Under the pieces are notes generated by a model, which had not been told where the DNA came from, did no database searches, and saw only the letters and a list, made by a program, of their open reading frames with translations. Both the position numbers and the translations under genes were made by a program. A stretch of DNA of 64,000 nucleotides, from positions 24,676,001 through 24,740,000 of the forward strand of contig NC_135907.1 in assembly GCF_964194155.1 (NCBI RefSeq), given 5' to 3'. This stretch comes from Cetorhinus maximus (taxonomy: Eukaryota). Shown here in pieces: positions 12,893-24,889 of this stretch (within the stretch, counting starts at the first letter, position 1; each line of letters begins with the position of its first letter).

Positions 12893-14605
12893 GCTCCTCA
12901 GGGTCAGGGACAATGAGACAAGTCCCTGGGCAGCAAATACTCTTCATCCAATTCACCCTCAACCAGCCTGTCCTCATCAGCTGCAACATCACATAAAGAT
13001 CTTAGAAATCAGGGGCGTAACCCAACCATAGTTGCATCTTGGTGAAAGGTGTCAGCTTTTGATTCATTTGATGCTTTAAGGTGTATTATGAAAGGGGAAT
13101 AGGAACATTAATATGAAGAGATATCATTTCGTTTTTCGCTGAAGCTTCAGGATGTGTGATTTGCGTTGCTTCACTTAGTTTTTTTTAAGCCACATTATAA
13201 AATCAAATCGTCAAAACATCTGATAGGAATGGGACAGGAGGCAAATAAGCTGGCATCTGTTTCTTGAATGAAATATCTACTTTCTGGGGACAACGCCTGT
13301 CAGTCATAATGGATCAGCAATGATAGCGAGAAATGGTCTCTAAAGATCCTAAGTTTTTCTTGACAAGTTGTAGGAGAGAGTCGGGTTCAAAACAGATCAG
13401 CAGGTTCTTGGCAGGTCTACTTGCCCAAGAATGTCGATTGTGTGAGCTCAGGTTAGGTGTCAATGATCAAATTGTTTAATAAAAACAGAAAATGTTGGAA
13501 AACCTTTATGGTTGATTGCTCATTTCGATTACATAACCTACCTTGTCACATTTTCTACCACCATTTATGAACCTTACCAGCGAGCCCGTACTTTGCTATT
13601 CCTTCCTACATGCTCTGAACTCATTGACATTGTGATCCCACCGCCTCGGCCGTCAGTCCAGTGAATATTCTAGATTCTGGTTTGCTCGCTGGCTCAATGT
13701 GGTCAAGTCAATCCTCAGTTTGAGCGCAATGATTATATCTCTGTTCTTGTCGATAGTGATCGCTGACCATGTCCCTCTGGTGGTCCTGAATCAATTGTAC
13801 CCTCGGGGCTGAAGCTCCCGTCGTTCTACTTTCATGTGAGTGTTGCACATATAAACTGCTATTCATTACCTAATGATCTGAAGATGTCTAAATTAACTCA
13901 GTCCAAATGAGACTAACCATAGACAATCCAACACTCTGAGTAACACGGTAGTATATAGTGAGCGAACTGTAATTATTGAGGATTAATCCTCTTATTTGAC
14001 AATTGCACAGAATAAGATACAATGATACAATAAGTAACAATTTTATTTCACACCATCCACAACAATAATAACATGACACAGCTAAGCATTGAAAATTACA
14101 GTAAGTACTTGAGCTTATATTAATTAGTTAGTTAATTAATTAATTAGTCAACAGTGTCGATCCTCAGGCACAAAACGGAACTCGTTAATTATAACGTCTC
14201 AGTTTTGGACAAGTTATGTTTCATAAAAATATTACAGCTGTTATTGCGTTTCCAATGTTTCTAGTTATTGCCAAGCGAGCAGTTATATTCAAGGTGTTGT
14301 TGACAAGTTAGGAGAGTTGGGTCTTCCTCTGAAATGTAAACACCAAACCTTCCTTTTCGTAGTTTGTCAGCCGTAGCTGGGCTGTTCGCCCTGAAGGACG
14401 GAGTGTCAACATTAACATTAGGACCCATTGTTTCTTAAAATGTCAACCTTCTTACTGTGACCAAACCTTGCAGCGAAGCAACATGTTTCCTAACAATGTT
14501 TTTATGGGTTACTTTACTTCCCTTTGATGGTAAATTATTAAATGCCAGCAATCAAGAATTGTACAAACAGATTTAATGATTTTTTAATTTTTGCTACGTT
14601 CGAAT

Positions 14606-14772
14606 TCAAGGTGATTCAGTTGATTTAGTGAGCTCGGTCATTGGCATGTTGCTCATGGGAATCTTCAGGTGTTCCTTGTTGCCAGGTTTCCAGCACCACA
14701 CGGAGATCACCACTAAGTGAAAGATGAAAACAAAACCCAGACGGATACCCATTGCAATCGGCCAAACCAATC
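14606..14772 (-). CDS. Activating-type Ig receptor: TM plus short cytoplasmic terminal exon (GLVWPIAMGIRLGFVFIFHLVVISVWCWKPGNKEHLKIPMSNMPMTELTKSTESP*)
   Basis: ctttctcatttcctatattag acceptor, phase 1 matches the Ig exon; hydrophobic helix with Arg (IRLG) and His; TGA at 14606-14608; ATTAAA just downstream. Confidence 0.8.
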
Positions 14773-15299
14773 CTAATATAGGAAATGAGAAAGTGATTAC
14801 ATTTCGGCAAAACCCTGAAAATGTTCAAGTTCATGTCCAATTGCCTTTCAAAAGTTCCCATGGAATCTACTCCCACCAAAGTGCATTTCAAATCATCATA
14901 AGTCTCTGGATTCATTTCTCTTCTCTTCCTCTTGTTCTTTTGCTGATGATTTTAAATTGATGACCTTTGGTTAGCTACCAGCTTGTCAAAGGAAACACTT
15001 TCTCTCTGCGCCCCACCTCACAAATCTCGCTCTGTTTTCACAGTTCTGACCATCACCCACCCCCACATACACCTCAAACCCAGCCCACAGCTCCACGCCT
15101 CATTTGCACCGTTCTACGTCCCCCCGCTCACAGCTCTACCCTCCCCTCCCCCCCCCCGCCCCCACGCCTGCTCTCACAGTTCAACCCCCCCGCCCCCAAA
15201 CTCTGCGGTCACGGAAATCTTGAAGCTTCAAAATGGAGTCACAGTGGGATAAATGTTTGGAAAGCACTGCTCTGTTTGCTCCTTCGTTATTGTGAATAC

Positions 15300-16400
15300 C
15301 TCAATTAAATCTCCCTTTAACCTTATCTCCAATCTCTCCAATTAACTGAACTTCTCCATCCCTGGTATCGTTCCAGTGATTCTCCTCTGCACCTTCTGCA
15401 AGGATTTGACATCCTTTCTTAGTGTGGTGCCCAGCATTGTACACAGTACTCCAACTGAAGCCTCACCAATGATTTAAATGTTTAGCATGACTTCCTTGGT
15501 TTTGCATTCAATGGCCCCAACTTACAAAACCAAGTCTCCCACCTTCACTTTATCAACTTGCTCTGTCACCTCAAAGACTTCTGAATATGCACTCCCAGGT
15601 CCCTCTACTCTTGCCCCTCCCCCCAACCTCCACAGAATATTATCATATAATGCCCCTCCATGTTGCTTCTGCCAGAGTAATCTACATTAAACTGTGCCTT
15701 CCACCTGTCTGCCCATTTCACCATCTGTCTCGGCCCTGCCCAAGTCTGTCACTATCCTGTTTACTATTTTCTAAACTTTCTTAAATTTAGTGTCATCCTC
15801 AAACTATGAAATTTTACTCCTTATACCAAAGTCCAGGCCATTTATCTATAAGAAAAGTAATAACAAGGTATTTTTATAGCACATTTAACCTAATAAAACA
15901 GCCCAATGTTCTTCACAGAGGCACTATAACACAAAAATAATCATTGAAACACATCAGGCGATACTAGGTAAGATGACCAAAAGCTTGGTCAAAGGGGTAG
16001 CTTTTATAGATTGTCTTAAAGAAGGAGAGAGCTGGGGAGAGGTTTAGCAAGGGAATTCTGGAGTTTAGGGCTCAGGCAACTGAAAGGCGTGGCCACCAAT
16101 GGTGGAGCGATTAAAATCAGGGATGAGCAAGAGGCCAGAATTAGGAAATTCAGGTATCCCAAAGGGCTGGAGGAGATTACAGAGATGGGAAGGGACGGAG
16201 CACGGAGAGATTTGTTAAAATGAATGAGCATTTTAAAATCGATGTTTAACTGGGAGACAGTGGAGGTGAATCAGGAGAGAGCTGGTGGGGAACAGGCTTT
16301 GGTGCGAGTTAGGACACAGGCAGCAGGATTTTGGGTGACCTCAGGAGGGGGAGGGTTACGGAGGTGGAAATAAGTGATCTTAGTGACAACCTGGATATGT
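15300..16400 (-). mobile_element. Old CR1/L2-type LINE fragments
   Basis: Reverse complement resembles LINE RT 3' region (LVRLQLEYCVQCW-like; FHLRN...QNPAACVLTR; FSCLSPKLQNSL). Confidence 0.6.
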
Positions 16401-16732
16401 GGTTGAAAACTCATCTGGAGTCTTTCGCTGCAGTTTGGAAAACATCCCTTCAGCACTATCCTCTCCCTGCTATCCCTTAGCCAAGTTGGCTCTTTAATAT
16501 CAGGTGAGTTGTTTCCTCCGGTTGGGATTCCGATTGTTTTACACCCGAACTATCTCTAGCCTGAAGGAACGGTCATGACCTGCTCGTCGGCTGGGGTTTT
16601 TGTGGTCAACCTTTAGCTTCCAGTCCTCTGTGCGAGATCCTTCATCAAATTACTGAAATGATCTCGCTTCCCATTCGAAGAGACTTGCCCGCACGGAAGA
16701 ACCAGAATTAGAAACACAAACAGGAACCTCAC

Positions 16733-17014
16733 CTTTCACAGTGAGTTTCACATAATTACTGTAGGCGACCGATGCGAACTGCACAGTGTCGTACACACAG
16801 TAGTAAGTCGCTGCATCTGATGTCTGGGCTTTGAACTCGAAGACACCATGGAAGCTCTTCCCCGATATGTTTATTACTCGCTGCTCGCCTGTTCCTACTT
16901 TATACAGATGTAGCTTGGCGACGGGCCCGGGCCCCGTTACATTGCATGTGAATTTCACACTGTCTCCGCTCGTCACGGAGCCTGACTGGGGGTCGACAGA
17001 CAGCGTCAGGACAC
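16733..17014 (-). CDS. Activating-type Ig receptor: single C2-type Ig exon (VLTLSVDPQSGSVTSGDSVKFTC...LHLYK...DAATYYC...SNYVKLTVK)
   Basis: 282-nt phase 1-1 exon, tgtttgttccag acceptor, gtgagg donor; two Cys, DxxxYxC motif, LYK at the C strand as in LRC/FcR-like domains. Confidence 0.9.
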
Positions 17015-17127
17015 CTGGAACAAACAGATTCGAGAATTAAACGTCCCCCGCTCTAGTTTAGATCCGTTTCTCTTGTGGTCTGCAGGACCGGTTTCAATAA
17101 ATCCATTCTGAAACCCTCTTTATGCTA

Positions 17128-18083
17128 AAAGCAAAAAACTGCGGATGCTGGAAATGCAAAACAAAAACAAAAATACCTGGAAGAACTCAGCAGGTCTGAC
17201 AGCATCTGCAGAGACAGATAACACAGTTAACGTTTCGAGTCCGTATGACTCTTCAACAGAACTAAGGAAAAATAGAAAAGGGGTGAAATATAAACTGGTT
17301 TAAGGGGAGGGTGGGGGGACAGGTAGAGCTGGATAGAGGGCCAGTGATAGGTGGAGATAACCAAAAGATGTCACAGACAAAAGGTCAAAGAGGTGTTGAA
17401 GCTGGTGATATTATCTAAGGAATGTGATAATAAAGGTACAGATAGCCCTAGTGGGGGTGGGGTGGGGGGAAGGGATTGAAATAGGCTAAAAGGCAGAGAT
17501 AAAACAATGGATTGAAATACATTTAAAAATAATGGAAATAGGTGGGAAAAGAAAAATCTATATAAATTATTGGAAAAAAGGGGGATCGGAAAGGGGGTGG
17601 GAATGGAGGAGAGAGTTCATAATCTAAAATTGTTGAACTCAATATTCAGTCCGGAAGGCTGTAAAGTGCCTAGTCGGAAGATGAGGTGCTGTTCCTCCAG
17701 TTTGCGTTGAGCTTCACTGGAACAATGCAACAGGCCAAGGACGGACATGTGGGCATGAGAGCAGAGTGGAGTGTTGAAATGGCAAGCGACAGAGAGGTCT
17801 GGGTCATGCTTGCGGACAGACCGAAGGTGTTCCGCAAAGCGGTCACCCAGTCTGCGTTTGGTCTCTCCAATGTAGAGGAAACCGCATTGGGAGCAGCGAA
17901 TGCAGTAGACTAAATTCAGGGAAGTGCAAGTGAAATGCTGCTTCACTTGAAAGGAGTGTTTGGGCCCTTGGACGGTGAGGAGAGGGGAAGTAAAGGTGCA
18001 GGTGTTGCATCTTCTGCGGTTGCATGGGAAGGTGCCGTGGGAGGGGGTTGAGGTGTAGGGGGTGATGGAGGAGTGGACCACGG
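17128..18083 (-). mobile_element. 5'-truncated Penelope-like element (GIY-YIG endonuclease end plus terminal repeat) with 11-bp TSD
   Basis: VYCIRC...LYIGETKRRL...EH...HFN...LEEQHLI...PSGLN; TCTTTATGCTA at 17117-17127 and 18084-18094. Confidence 0.92.
17226..17262 (-). ncRNA. Minimal hammerhead ribozyme motif of the Penelope element
   Basis: Minus strand CUGUUGA-A-GAGUC-AUACG-GACUC-GAAAC-GUUA: HHR-like core with paired stem II and palindromic stem III. Confidence 0.65.
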
Positions 18084-18821
18084 TCTTTATGCTATCCGAG
18101 CGGACTCTGCCCCATCAGGCCTGATACCCTTCCCAGGCTCTGATGGGAATCTCGGGCATCCCCGGGTGGTGAACCCGCCGGGAGTGTGTCCTGGGTCCCT
18201 GTGTGCTACCCACTCGGAGCAATCGGTTCAGGGAAATCCCTTGCAAACACCGAACAACACATCGGAGACCCGTGATGGGACACAGGGACAGGGAGAGGCC
18301 ATTCAGCCCTTCAGACCAGCTCCTCATTTAATTAGCTCACGGCCGAGCTGTGTCTCAACCCCACTTATAGGCCTTTTCTCCACATCCCTGATCCTTGATC
18401 CTGATCCTTGCCCAATCGAAGTGGCGCTCGCCGGGACACGATTCCTCCTAGTCTATTCTGTTGCTGTAAATCTCTAAGATTTGCACCCTGAATGTGTTCA
18501 CTGCTACTGGGGAGATCTGGCCGGCACTTACTGCCCCATTTCTCCTCGGAATGTGAGGCAAACACCGGAATTTCTCATCCTCCGGAGGAAGTCGGATGTT
18601 GAGAAAATTCTTACTTAGATCACGAAATTCTTTTTTAAAAAAAGCAATCGACCCTCCTCAGCGCGAGCTTCTAAATCCCTTTTGAATAGTTGTTCAATGA
18701 TAATTAAGGACATTTACCCATAATGTGAAATATGAACAAATTCAATGAGAATCGGTGACCGGTTCCATAAACTGATGGCAGGAGCCGCATTTACGGTGCA
18801 GCTTGTTCTCAAGCACCTTAC

Positions 18822-18879
18822 TGTAAAGGACTGTGAGACCAACGAGCGAAGGAACAAGACCCCCATATATATTGGCCAT
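18822..18879 (-). CDS. Activating-type Ig receptor: putative leader exon (MANIYGGLVPSLVGLTVLY)
   Basis: ATG (ctcATGG), hydrophobic stretch, A|gtaagg phase-1 donor compatible with the Ig exon; a second mini leader exon may be missing from the model. Confidence 0.6.
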
Positions 18880-18984
18880 GAGTGGTGCAAGAGAATGGAC
18901 GAGTGAGAAAGAGTGAGAATGACATGTTGCTTCTGGCACTAAACTATTCTGCCCATATCTCCTGGGATCAAATCCCATCAGGAG

Positions 18985-19018
18985 CAGGAAATGACCACGA
19001 AAGGCGTCAGATTGTGGT
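18985..19018. promoter_or_regulatory. ETS and RUNX motifs upstream of the activating-type receptor ATG
   Basis: CAGGAAAT next to GACCAC, plus TGTGGT, ~100-140 nt upstream; short motifs that could occur by chance. Confidence 0.3.
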
Positions 19019-19299
19019 AAATATCCGAACACATCATCCCAGTGTACCAAAATGTACTACCCACCGAGCCTGGGCGACTCCAATCGAATCTCCCCAGGAC
19101 TATCAGCTGCCAATACCCCAAGAACAAATTCGCACATGTACAGAAAATGTTCCACATGGTATCTAACACCATGAGGATAGAATATTCTGATCGTTTCATT
19201 CTGTATCGATATGTCCATGTTTCCGAACATTAGAACGGGGGGGGGGGGGGGGGGGTCAGGCAGAGAGTCCTGGGGCCGGCTTCCTACACTAATAGGGAT

Positions 19300-19555
19300 C
19301 CTCTCCTCCCCTCCGCCGCCCCCACCCCACCTCCCACCCACCCTCCCTCCCCTAACCCCCTCCCCACCTCCCACCCACCCACCCTCCCCTAACCCCCACC
19401 CCACCTCCCACCCACCCTCCCTCTCCTAACCCCCTCCCCACCTCCCACCCACCCTCCCTCCCCTAACCCCCTCCCCACCTCCCACCCACCCACCCTCCCC
19501 TAACCACCTCCCACCCACCCTCCCTCCCCTAAACCCCTCCCCCACCCCCACCCCG
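19300..19555. repeat. C-rich low-complexity tandem repeat
   Basis: Repeated ccccacctcccacccaccctccctcccctaa. Confidence 0.85.
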
Positions 19556-20644
19556 TCTCTGTCCATGATGCTTTTGACATGTCCTAATTTCTAGATGTAA
19601 TATAAATACAACTGTCCCTGTTTTCTCAACCGTATTGAACGTGACATAAAACGTGCAGAGGGTTCGTGTGAATTGCCCGCTATAAATAAACTCAAAACAA
19701 AAAGCGGACTAGATGCTGACTAGTACTGTAAACTGGGTTGTGAAATATCTCTCAGTGACTGAAGTACTTGATGTTGGTGACTCATCCAGTCGAGTTCCCC
19801 CTTTTTGTTTTAGTTTTGGACACGAACCTTCCATTGCGACCTTCACCGAGCCAATCAAATGAGCTGTAAACAGAAAATAATAAATTCAATCATTCAAACC
19901 CAAAGGAATTAAGCCGAGAAAAAGTCAGTATTCAAGTACTTCATCAAATACAGGCTTTGTCCATGAGGTGAGCGCAGATTAAGTTGTGATGCCAAATGCA
20001 GCATTTCTATTTGTGCCCATTTTTCACCAATAACCAGCCCGTTTCTAACAGAATGAGAGTTGTTCTCACAAGAAATCCTCAATTAATTTAAACTGCAACG
20101 TTAACTTCCCGCTTCTCTTCTTCTCAAACAGTGTGATATTATTCCAGAGGGATTTACCAACATAGCGACATTATTCCCTCTCACTGAAAACCTCGATAGA
20201 TTTACTGACTAAACATCCCCCGGCCTTGACCACTAACTGGTAACTTGTTGTGAGGAGAGCATTTGTCAAACATCCCTGCTTGTTTCGAGAATTAAACTTC
20301 CCCCCTAGCAGTCCATGACAGCAAATGGTTTCCAAATAACCATTACCGCTCCATTTACTGCCAGCGAGTTGCATCTATCAATCATTTTCCTGATGTCAGA
20401 AGAAGCTCATTACAGTTTCTCGGGCGCTTTCACGAGTGTTCCTCAGAGCTGGGAGCGTTTCTTCTCCACGGTCTCAGCTCCTGAATGTCCTTCACCAATC
20501 AGCCACGGTCCAACTGAATGGCGGGGTAAGGCTCCAGGGGTCAATTGGCCTCCTCCTCCCGCTCCGACTTCTCGTGTCCCTCTCATGTTAACACCGTTGT
20601 GTCCAACAGGTCGAGGTGATGCGCCTAGTGTAAGGGCGAAGAGG

Positions 20645-20719
20645 ATGAGCACGCTTCTCGCTCTCTATCTGCTGGCTGCTTCTCATTATCTCACTTCCAG
20701 ACATTCCCGCTGGCTACAG
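20645..20719 (+). CDS. Candidate leader exon of the inhibitory-type receptor (MSTLLALYLLAASHYLTSRHSRWLQ)
   Basis: Signal-peptide-like core and a perfect CAG|gtaagt donor, but it ends in phase 0 while the next identified exon needs phase 1. Confidence 0.45.
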
Positions 20720-20735
20720 GTAAGTGAAAGTGTGG

Positions 20736-20948
20736 AACAAAAACAAAGGTACCTGGAAAAACTCAGCAGGTCTGACAGCATCTGCGGAGAGGAATACAGT
20801 TAACATTTCCGGAACTTCTGATGAAGAGTCAGACGGTCTCGAAACGTTAACTCTGTCTCTCTCTCTCCACAGATGCTGTCAGACCTGCTGAGTTTTTCCA
20901 GCATTTTCTGTTTTTATTTCAGATTTCCAGCATCCGCAGTACTTTATT
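20736..20948 (+). mobile_element. Short palindromic Penelope-derived element with a hammerhead core at ~20818-20852
   Basis: Inverted arms ctggaaaaactcagcaggtctgacagcatctg / cagatgctgtcagacctgctgagtttttccag around CTGATGA-AGAGTCAGACGGTCTC-GAAACGTTAAC. Confidence 0.8.
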
Positions 20949-22319
20949 TTTACCATAAAGTTTGCCCAGTGTTGCACGCCGGAGAGGAGACTCCAGTTTC
21001 GCTGGACACAGAGCTAACGTGACATAAATCATCATCTCATCTGCCAGAGAATGTGACAATATTTCAGCGGTAGCTACAGATAGATACAGATGAAGATACA
21101 ACACTCACCAACCACAACAATAACGAAAAACAGCATTTTTACTGGGAATTTTCTTCCATTAAGTTCCGAACTGCTTGGATTCCGCAAGGATAATATCTTT
21201 AGAGAATATGGGGCTGTAATTTGGCAATAACGGAACTGAGCTCATTGGCATTGAAACGTACCACTGACCAGAGGAAGTTCTCTCAATAAGAACGTTTGCC
21301 CTGACGAATTAAGAGAGGGTCATTTCCCGTAAACAATCTTTACTGTTGAAATGTCTTAGAGAATCAGAGCGGTTTACATATCAAAGGGGCCTCAGGCCCT
21401 CTGTCGGAATCATTTCATCGGAGAAAAAGGGTTAGGAGTTAAAAATATAATCCAGTTCTAGTCACAATCCATCCAAAGCCTCCAGTGCACCATCCCCACT
21501 TAGCTGCTGTGTGTCTGAGTCTGGACATTAAGTGTTGGGAAGAAATGGGATTAAGGAGTTGCAGCGTTCTGACCTGTTCTTAGACTGCTCGGTGCTCACT
21601 TCCAGGAATGGATCCGCTTTTGTTTTCGCGAGCTGACAGTTATAAATAAATTCAGAATTTGCACCTTTTGTTTTTGGTGCCAATACTCGTTTCTATTGGG
21701 GAATACAATCCTCTAAGTTTTGGATGGTTGATTCTTAAAAATCTAATGATAGCTTAGTTTTTAATTTGATTTTGTACTTCGATGAATCTGGGAAAAGTGA
21801 TGCTCGAAACACTAACCCCGAGACTGGGGGCTGGGGGTCACAGGCAGACTGGGGGGCAAAATGCTGGCTTCTCCAGTATCTGCGCGCAGTTTCTGAGTTT
21901 TCTAATAAGAAATAAAATCCATGAAGTCATTGTCCACTTTCCGTAATGACTAATAGGAACTTAGCAAAAACAGGACAATGATTGCATCGAATGTTAAAAA
22001 AAAACCACTGGCAGATTCATAGATTCAAAACATTACCAAGACTATATGGGCTTGTGTATCTTTAGTAACTGCACCATATGAACGTCCTTGTTTCCATGTA
22101 CATTAACCCTAATCCTAACGCGATACCTACCCCAACCCTAACTCAAATTTAAACTCTCCGCAAATTTAAAGGAAACCACAAACCAGTGAGGAACAAACGA
22201 GAAATAAGAATAGAAACACAAAAGGGGACAATTGGTTTACCGCCTGCATTCACCGCTCTAACTCGAATCCATACCCACTCAAACTGACCTTGATCTTCCA
22301 TTATTAATATACATACCAT

Positions 22320-24430
22320 CCTGATTTGGAAATGTATCGCCATTCCTTCACTGTCACTGGGTACAAACACAGAATAGATACATTCCAACGAGTAAGAAAA
22401 AGCCCAAGGGACCGACACACCATCCATGGTTAACGAGAAAGGTTAAAGATAGTATCAAACTTGAAGAAAAAGTATATAATTGTGCAAAGACAGATGGAAA
22501 GCCAGAAGATTGGACAGAATATAAAGAACAGGAAAGGATGACTAAATGACTAATAAGGAAGGAAAAATTAGAGTATGAGAGAAAGCTAACCAGAAATATA
22601 AACACAAATAGCAAGAGTTTCTATAAATATTTTAAAAAGAAATGAATTAACAAAGTGAGTTTTGGTCCTATAGAAAGTGAGTTTGGAGAATTGATAATGG
22701 AAAACAGGGAGATGGCAGATGAATTGAACAAGTATTTTGCATCAGTTTTCACTATAGAGGATACAAGTAACATCCCAGAAGTAGCTATAAATCAGGAAAC
22801 GGAAGGTATGGAGGAACTCAGGAAAATTACAATCACGAGAGAAGTGGTACTGAGTAAATTGTTGGAGCTGTTGTCTGACAAGTGCCCGGGTCCTGATGGA
22901 CATCCTAGGGTGTTAAAAGAAGTGGCTAGTGAGATAGTTGATGCATTGGTTTTAATTTTCCAAAACTCCCCAAATTTGGGGAAGGTCCCATTAGATTGGA
23001 AGATAGCAAATGTAACTCCATCATTCAAAAAGGGAGGTAGACAGAAAGCAGGAAATACAGGCCAGTTAGCTTAACATCTCTTAGGCAAAATGTTAGAAGC
23101 TTTTATTAAAGAAACTATAGCTGGGCACGTCGGTAACTTCAAGGTAATCAGGTAGAATCGATGTGGTTTTGTGAAAAGGAACTCATATTTAACCACTTAT
23201 TGGAATTCTTTGAGGAAGTAACACGTGCTGTGGATCAAGGGGAACGGGTGGATGAACTGTACTTATATTTCCAGAAGGCATTTGATAAGGTGCCACATCA
23301 AAGGTTATTGAGGAAAATAAAAGCTCATGGTATAGGGGGTAACATATTGCCATAGAGATTGTCTGGCTAACAGGAAGCAGAGAGTAGGCATAAATGCATC
23401 TTTTTCAGGTTGGCAAAATGTAACGAGTGGTGTGCCACAGGGATCAGTGCTGGGACCTCAACTGTTTACAATTTATATAAATGACTTGGATGAAGGGATG
23501 GATGGGATGGTTGCCAAATTTTCTGATGACACAAAGATAGGCATGAAAGTAAGTTGTGAGATGATATAAGGAGGCTACAAAAAGATATAGATAGGTAAGT
23601 GATGGGCAAAGATCTGGCAAATGGAGAATAATGTGGCAAAAATGTGAAATTGTCCATTTTGGCAGGAAGAATAAAGAGAAGCATATTATCTAAATGGTGA
23701 GAGATTGCAGAGCTCTGAGATGCAGAGGGATCTGGCTGTCTTAGTGCATTAATCACAAAAGGCTAGTCTGCAGGTATAGCAAGTAATTAGGAAAGCTAAT
23801 AGAATGTTACCATTTATTGCAAGGGGAATTGAATACAAAAGTAGGGAGGTTATGCTTCAGTTATACAGAGCACAGTGAGACCACAGCTGGAGTGCTGTGT
23901 ACAGTATTGGTCTCCTTATTTAAGGAAGGTTGTAAATGTGTTGGAAGCAGTTCAGAGAAGGTTTATCAGGCTAATACCTGGAATGGATGGGTTTGGACAG
24001 ACTAGGTTTGTATCCACTGGAGTTTAGAAGAGTAAGAGGTGACTTGATTGAAACATATAATATCCTGAGGGGTCTTGACAGGATGGATGTGGAGACGATG
24101 TTTCCTCTTGTGAGAAAATCTAGAACTAGGGGTCACTGTTTAAAAATAAGGGGTTACCCATTTAAAATGGAGATGAGGTGAAATTTCTTTCTCTCAGAGG
24201 GTCGTGAGTCTTTGGAACTCTCTTCCTGAAAAGGCAGTGGAAGCAGAGTCTGAATATTTTTAAGGCAGAGGTGGATAGATTCTTGGTAAGCAAGGGGGGT
24301 GATTGATTATTGGGGGTAGGCGGGATGCAGATTGGAGGTTACTATCAGATCAGCCATGATCTTATTGAATGGTCGAGCAGGCTCAAGGGGCCAAATGGCC
24401 TACTCCTGCTCCTTGTTTGTATGTTCATAT
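22320..24430 (+). mobile_element. Decayed CR1 LINE ORF2 and 3' UTR
   Basis: LNKYFASVFT, PGPDG, FQKAFDKVPH, RGDLIETY motifs, CR1 tail. Confidence 0.92.
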
Positions 24431-24889
24431 ATTCATAAAATCCTGGAACTCCCAGCCTAACAGCACTATGGGTGTACCTATGTCACATGGACTGCAGCAT
24501 TTCAAGAAAGCAACTCACCACCAGCTTCTCAAGGGCAAGGGCCTAGCCAGCAATGCCCACATCCCATGAGGGAATAGAAAAAATTAAGATCATAGATATA
24601 AAACCATTGTGTTGATACAGCTAGTAAACAATTATAAAACAGTTCTGGGCTGTAAAAAGAATTTCATGTAGAGCAGTTAAACTGCATTTAGAAACAGGAA
24701 ATAGCATAAACTAACCACTGTTACCTCTGTTGGAGATATAATTCTAAATGGGGGGGGCGGGGAATTATGATTTGGCAGCCTAAATTTGACAGCTAGTCTT
24801 CCTAATATTGGCCAAACGCAAAGGTCAGGAATAGCCTATTATCCAAAATTAAAGTCACACAAATGTTCCAAAGAGGAGATATAAAAGCA

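Noticed and set aside
19707-19866. Strong minus-strand acceptor followed by a ~50-codon open frame
   Set aside because: No recognisable product or partner exon; at most a non-coding exon.
22103-22145. Telomere-like CCCTAA units
   Set aside because: Only a few degenerate copies; not a real interstitial telomeric array.
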